Shown here piece by piece: positions 59,916 to 64,000 of a stretch of 64,000 bases of DNA (its first letter is position 1; every line of letters starts with the position of its first letter). Below the pieces are notes generated by a model, which was given only the letters and a program-made list of their open reading frames with translations, was not told the origin of the DNA and searched no databases. The position numbers were made by a program, and so were the translations under genes. This stretch comes from Mobula hypostoma (lineage: Eukaryota): NCBI RefSeq assembly GCF_963921235.1, contig NC_086101.1, forward strand, positions 86,304,001 to 86,368,000. The letters run 5' to 3'.

Positions 59916-60899
59916 GACCTTCAAGTGCACATCTACTCTTTGGTTTATTACCATCACATGTTCTGAGGTACAGTCAATGATCTGTATGTTATCCATACAG
60001 ATAATTTCATCACATGAGTACATTGAGGTAGCACAAAGGAAAACAATGACACGCAGAATAAAATGTCATAGTTACAGAGAATGTAGACAATCAGCACTTG
60101 GTTCATAGTCTTCTATGCCTTAACAATCCTAGAAATGTCTCTGAAAATATCTGTCTCTTTGTTTACTATAACGGTGATTTCAAGATTCCAACCACTCTCT
60201 GGCTGAAAATTATCTTTATTAGAACATTGTCTGATTGGGTAAGATGGTGGAATGCTCAGATTCAGTGGTAACTCCATGTCCAACCAAGGGTGTAATTGTT
60301 CATTCTTTACCTTTTTTTTAACCATCACAAAACACTGCTGGATATTAACAACATCAAATACTGCAGATATACCCCATCAGTGAGTTGTTTGATAGTGATG
60401 GAGCTGGATATTACCTACTGTTGTTATGATATCATCTGGAGTTGTTCTTATGTTATTGCCTGGACTTGTTCTTACGCTGAGGCAGATGGGGTGAGTGATT
60501 ATCTTAGGCATTTTTCTTCTCATTGAAGTACCCTGTTGGATATTCGTAATGTAGAATACTGCAAGTCCAGATCAGTAGCCCATTGGAAAGACTGATGGTG
60601 GGGGTGGGGGGGTGGAAAGGGGGGCTGCATTGCCTCAGATGTGAGGCTGATCTGGCCATTATGCTTTGGGGCTGCTAGTTGCAGCTGCCTAGGAGAGGAG
60701 ATGGTGAGGTAGACTGTGAGAGAGCAAAGGCCTCTATGGACAGGCTGGACTTCCTATTGGATTGGGCGCTAGCTCTTCCCATCATTGCTTCTCTCCAGTT
60801 TTCACCCGTTGGAAGAATAAACTGGGCCCTGGATAACATCCTGTGGACCAGTATCAGTATGCAAGCCATGCCACACAGGAACTTGGGCTCTATTTTTCC

Positions 60900-61557
60900 A
60901 TTATCATCACCATACAGTGTGTGTTATGTGCTGTAGGTATGTGTTTTGCACCTTGGCCCTGGAGGAACACTGTTTTGTTTAGCTACATTCATGTATAACT
61001 GAATGACAATTAAACCTGAACTTGAACTTGTATTCCTTCCAAATTTCTAAACATACCATACAAACCGTACAAAAGATAGTACAAACTCCCAAGAGGATCA
61101 CCAGGGTGTCCCTCCCCACTATTTATGACATTTACCAGGAGTGGACAAAGGGCCCAAAGTGTCGTTGAGGATCCCTACCATCCATCCCACAATCTTTTTG
61201 ACCCACTACTATCAGGAAGGAGGTACAGTAACGTCAGGACTAGGACTGTCAGACAGGGTAACAGATTCTTCCTTCAGGCTGTGAGACTAATAAATACCCT
61301 GTCACATCTGAGGTCTCATCACTAGGACAGTGAGTTGTTTACTGTTTACCTGCCTTGTGCACTAGATGCATCTTTGAATTATATTTTATTAATTTATTAA
61401 TAGTAGTATGTTATTTTGTGTGTGCAATGTCTTATATATGTTCTGTGGAACATATATGGTCTGGAGGAACATTGATGCATTTGTTTGTGCGTGTATATAT
61501 ATACTGTATATATACACACACGCATACATACAGTCAGATGACAAACTTGAACTTCAA
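60900..61557 (+). mobile_element. Rex1/Babar 3' fragments (two tails)
   Basis: RAQSVVEDPYHPSHNLFDPLLSGRRYSNVRTRTVR; aaacttgaactt-type tails at ~61030 and ~61555. Confidence 0.75.
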
Positions 61558-61994
61558 TGCAACACAAGAAACAGTTGTGCTTAGAATTGTTTATCATTTA
61601 TCTGGATTCGTCAACAATACCTATTATATCCATTTCTACTTTCATTAATGTGGCCTGCTTATTTTGTTTGGGGAAGGTAATTTTCTCAATACTTTAGTTT
61701 TAGTACATCTGAACATTCTGGTTCTGTTATTGATGAACTGGGTGTGCATCCATAAAACTCTCTCATTCTGTTTAACTTGGATAAAAGCTTCAGACTGCTT
61801 ATCCTTTCATCTTAATTATGTTGGCTGCTTCTGCAAATATTCTGTCATGGAAAATGTTGTTATTTTCTCATTTCTATCAGCTTCAGGTTTTTCTTTTATT
61901 CCAGAGCTCTCTTAAGTGGATTTCCCAAGACAACATTTCATGAATCGCAACTTGATTGAAGTAAATCAAAATCAAAACTATATATTTTTGCAAA

Positions 61995-62395
61995 AACTGC
62001 AGATATTGAAATTTGAAATAAAATCAGAATATACTGGAAACTCTCAGATGGCCAGACAACCCTGATGGAAAGCAAAACTAGCAAGTTAACGTCATAGAGT
62101 CAGAGACTAATATAACATGGAAACAGGCTTTTTGGCCCAACTGGTATATGCTGACCATAGTATCCTCCCTGCTAGCCCCAGTTGCCTGCAATTGGCCTAT
62201 AACCCTCCAAACATTTCCCTCTATGGGCCTATCCAAATGCCATTTAAAAGTTGCAATTGTACCCACCATGAGCACTTCTTCTCGCAACTCATTCGAGTCC
62301 CTCACTACCCTCTGATTAAGTCCTAAGACAATGTCCCTTTCCTCAAATACTGCCTGACCTGTTGAGTATTTACAGAATTTTCTTTCCTTATTTTG
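61995..62395. mobile_element. Palindromic Penelope-derived element split by a minus-strand CR1 tail (~62093-62335)
   Basis: ctgcagatattgaa...atactggaaactctcag arm and ctgcctgacctgttgagtattt arm flank a CR1 3' end. Confidence 0.55.
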
Positions 62396-62769
62396 TCCCA
62401 GCAGAAGTGGAATACCCAGAAAATCAACGTAGATTTTATTTTTTATATACAAGGGCCAAATAGTCAACATTGGATTTAACTTTTGAAGGATCTTTATTAA
62501 TCACATTATTTTTGGAAACTTTGTTTTTGTTGGGGTCTTTATGGTTTTGCAACAAACCTGCAATCTGGAAAATAGAGCTCAGCAATTTTTAAATTTTTTT
62601 TGGTGCATGTAGCAAATGTCTGCTGCATGTAGGAGTGCAACTTTCAAAGAGATTATAGCTGCTGCATTTATGAAGATTGGGGGGTGAGTTATGAATAACC
62701 TCTTAGCTTGGTAACTATGACTGTATGTAGGGAGAGAAAACCACAAGGAAGAAAAAGGAGATAAAGCTT

Positions 62770-63105
62770 AGATAACGGGAGAAGAATTAGGCCATTCAGT
62801 CCAGTGAGAGGCTCTGCTATTTGATTTTGGCTGTTTTGCTTCAACTACATTCTTCTACCTTTTCACCATAACCATCAATCCCCTTAGCAATAAAGAACCT
62901 ATTAATCTCTGCCCTAAATACATACAATGACTTGCTTTCCACAGCCTCCATGGCAATGAATTCCACTGATTCACTATCCTCTGGCCGTAAAAATTCTTTC
63001 TCATCTTAAATATAAAGGAAGGTCACTTGATTCTGAGGCTCAAATCCTTGAATGTACCACAAATGGAATGTTCCTCCCCAGGCCCACTCAATCCAGACAT
63101 GTCTT
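62770..63105 (-). mobile_element. CR1 3' fragment
   Basis: gaattaggccattcag...gaattccactgattcactatcctctgg CR1 3' signature. Confidence 0.7.
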
Positions 63106-63199
63106 TAGAGTGTCTGGTCACACTCTGTTCTCCAGCTTGAGACACACAGTGAGTTGTCCCACAGAATGACATGTGTTCATATTGCTGGGACACACCGTG

Positions 63200-63247
63200 G
63201 TGTGAGTGTTTGTGTGTGTCTGTGTGTGCACGTTTGTGCTTGCGTGG

Positions 63248-63289
<42 letters not shown>
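63200..63289 (+). repeat. (TG)n compound microsatellite
   Basis: Seen directly. Confidence 0.95.
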
Positions 63290-63291
<2 letters not shown>

Positions 63292-64000
63292 TGAATTATG
63301 TGAAAGGCTGCTAGAAATTACAGGACATCTGACATTACTGTTCAAGAAATAAAAACTGATGCTGACAGGTACAGAGATCAATGCATCAAAAGAACAGCAG
63401 GGCAATGAGAAATTAGAACAAGTTAACTAAAGAAATGGGAGTTAAAAGCTGAAGTAAATCAGAAACATAGACGTGGTCACAACCTACAGACTTTACAAAA
63501 TGCTACAGGAAGTAGGAAAAGTACAGCCAATTCAAAAATTGGTGCTGGCTAAGCAGACAGAATAAATACTCAAATCGGAGCAAAAAAGTTCCAGGAATCA
63601 AAAAGAAAAAATCAGAAATTGATGCAATCATTTAGTCAGTCAAGCAACAATTTTGTGAGATAAATAAGTCCAAGTTTTCAGGGCAAAGGTCCTACACAAA
63701 CTGGAATTGGCGGAAAAAGCATGTTTTAACATGCAAAGAGATGGAGACCTGGAGGGAACAGAAGAAACTCTGGCGTAGATGCCAAAGTCATTCAAATAAT
63801 TATTTAAAACGTGATAGATACTGAAGAGATTTAACAGGAAAACCTTTGAACCTAAAAACTCAGAATCATCCTTTATGGTCTGAATGGAGATCTCTTGTCA
63901 AACCATTTTCTGATCTGCATTTGATTTTCATAACTTAGGAGACTACGTTATGAGCGATGTGTCTGATGTTGGAGTTTATTTGAAGGAGATGGAGATTGTG

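Noticed and set aside
60296-60526. Hydrophobic ORF with a GG|gtgagt donor
   Set aside because: No recognisable protein; the surroundings look like a very old LINE remnant.

Overview
Eukaryotic, AT-rich, repeat-dominated DNA, most likely an intron or intergenic region. The repeat types (CR1 LINEs with CATAGAAA-type tails, Rex1/Babar LINEs, Penelope elements and their palindromic derivatives, V-SINE-like and Deu-SINE-like elements) suggest a cartilaginous fish, probably a ray; this is inference. No intact host protein-coding gene is recognisable, and nearly all ORFs in the track are TE remnants, their antisense shadows or chance ORFs. The main find is a degenerate Gypsy-type LTR retrotransposon at about 36530-39760 (-), with both LTRs, PBS, gag, protease and PPT. 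Its RT/RNaseH/integrase core is replaced by an intronless, sense-oriented ~0.5 kb piece of host RBM25 coding sequence, which points to LTR-mediated capture of a host mRNA. Other notable features: a 20 x 41 bp minisatellite derived from CR1 ORF2, Penelope elements with inverted termini and hammerhead-like remnants, palindromic Penelope-derived elements with TSDs and an in-window empty site, a hAT-type element with a 6-bp TSD, nested CR1s, and a few candidate microexons. Boundaries of degenerate repeats are approximate and were read by eye.
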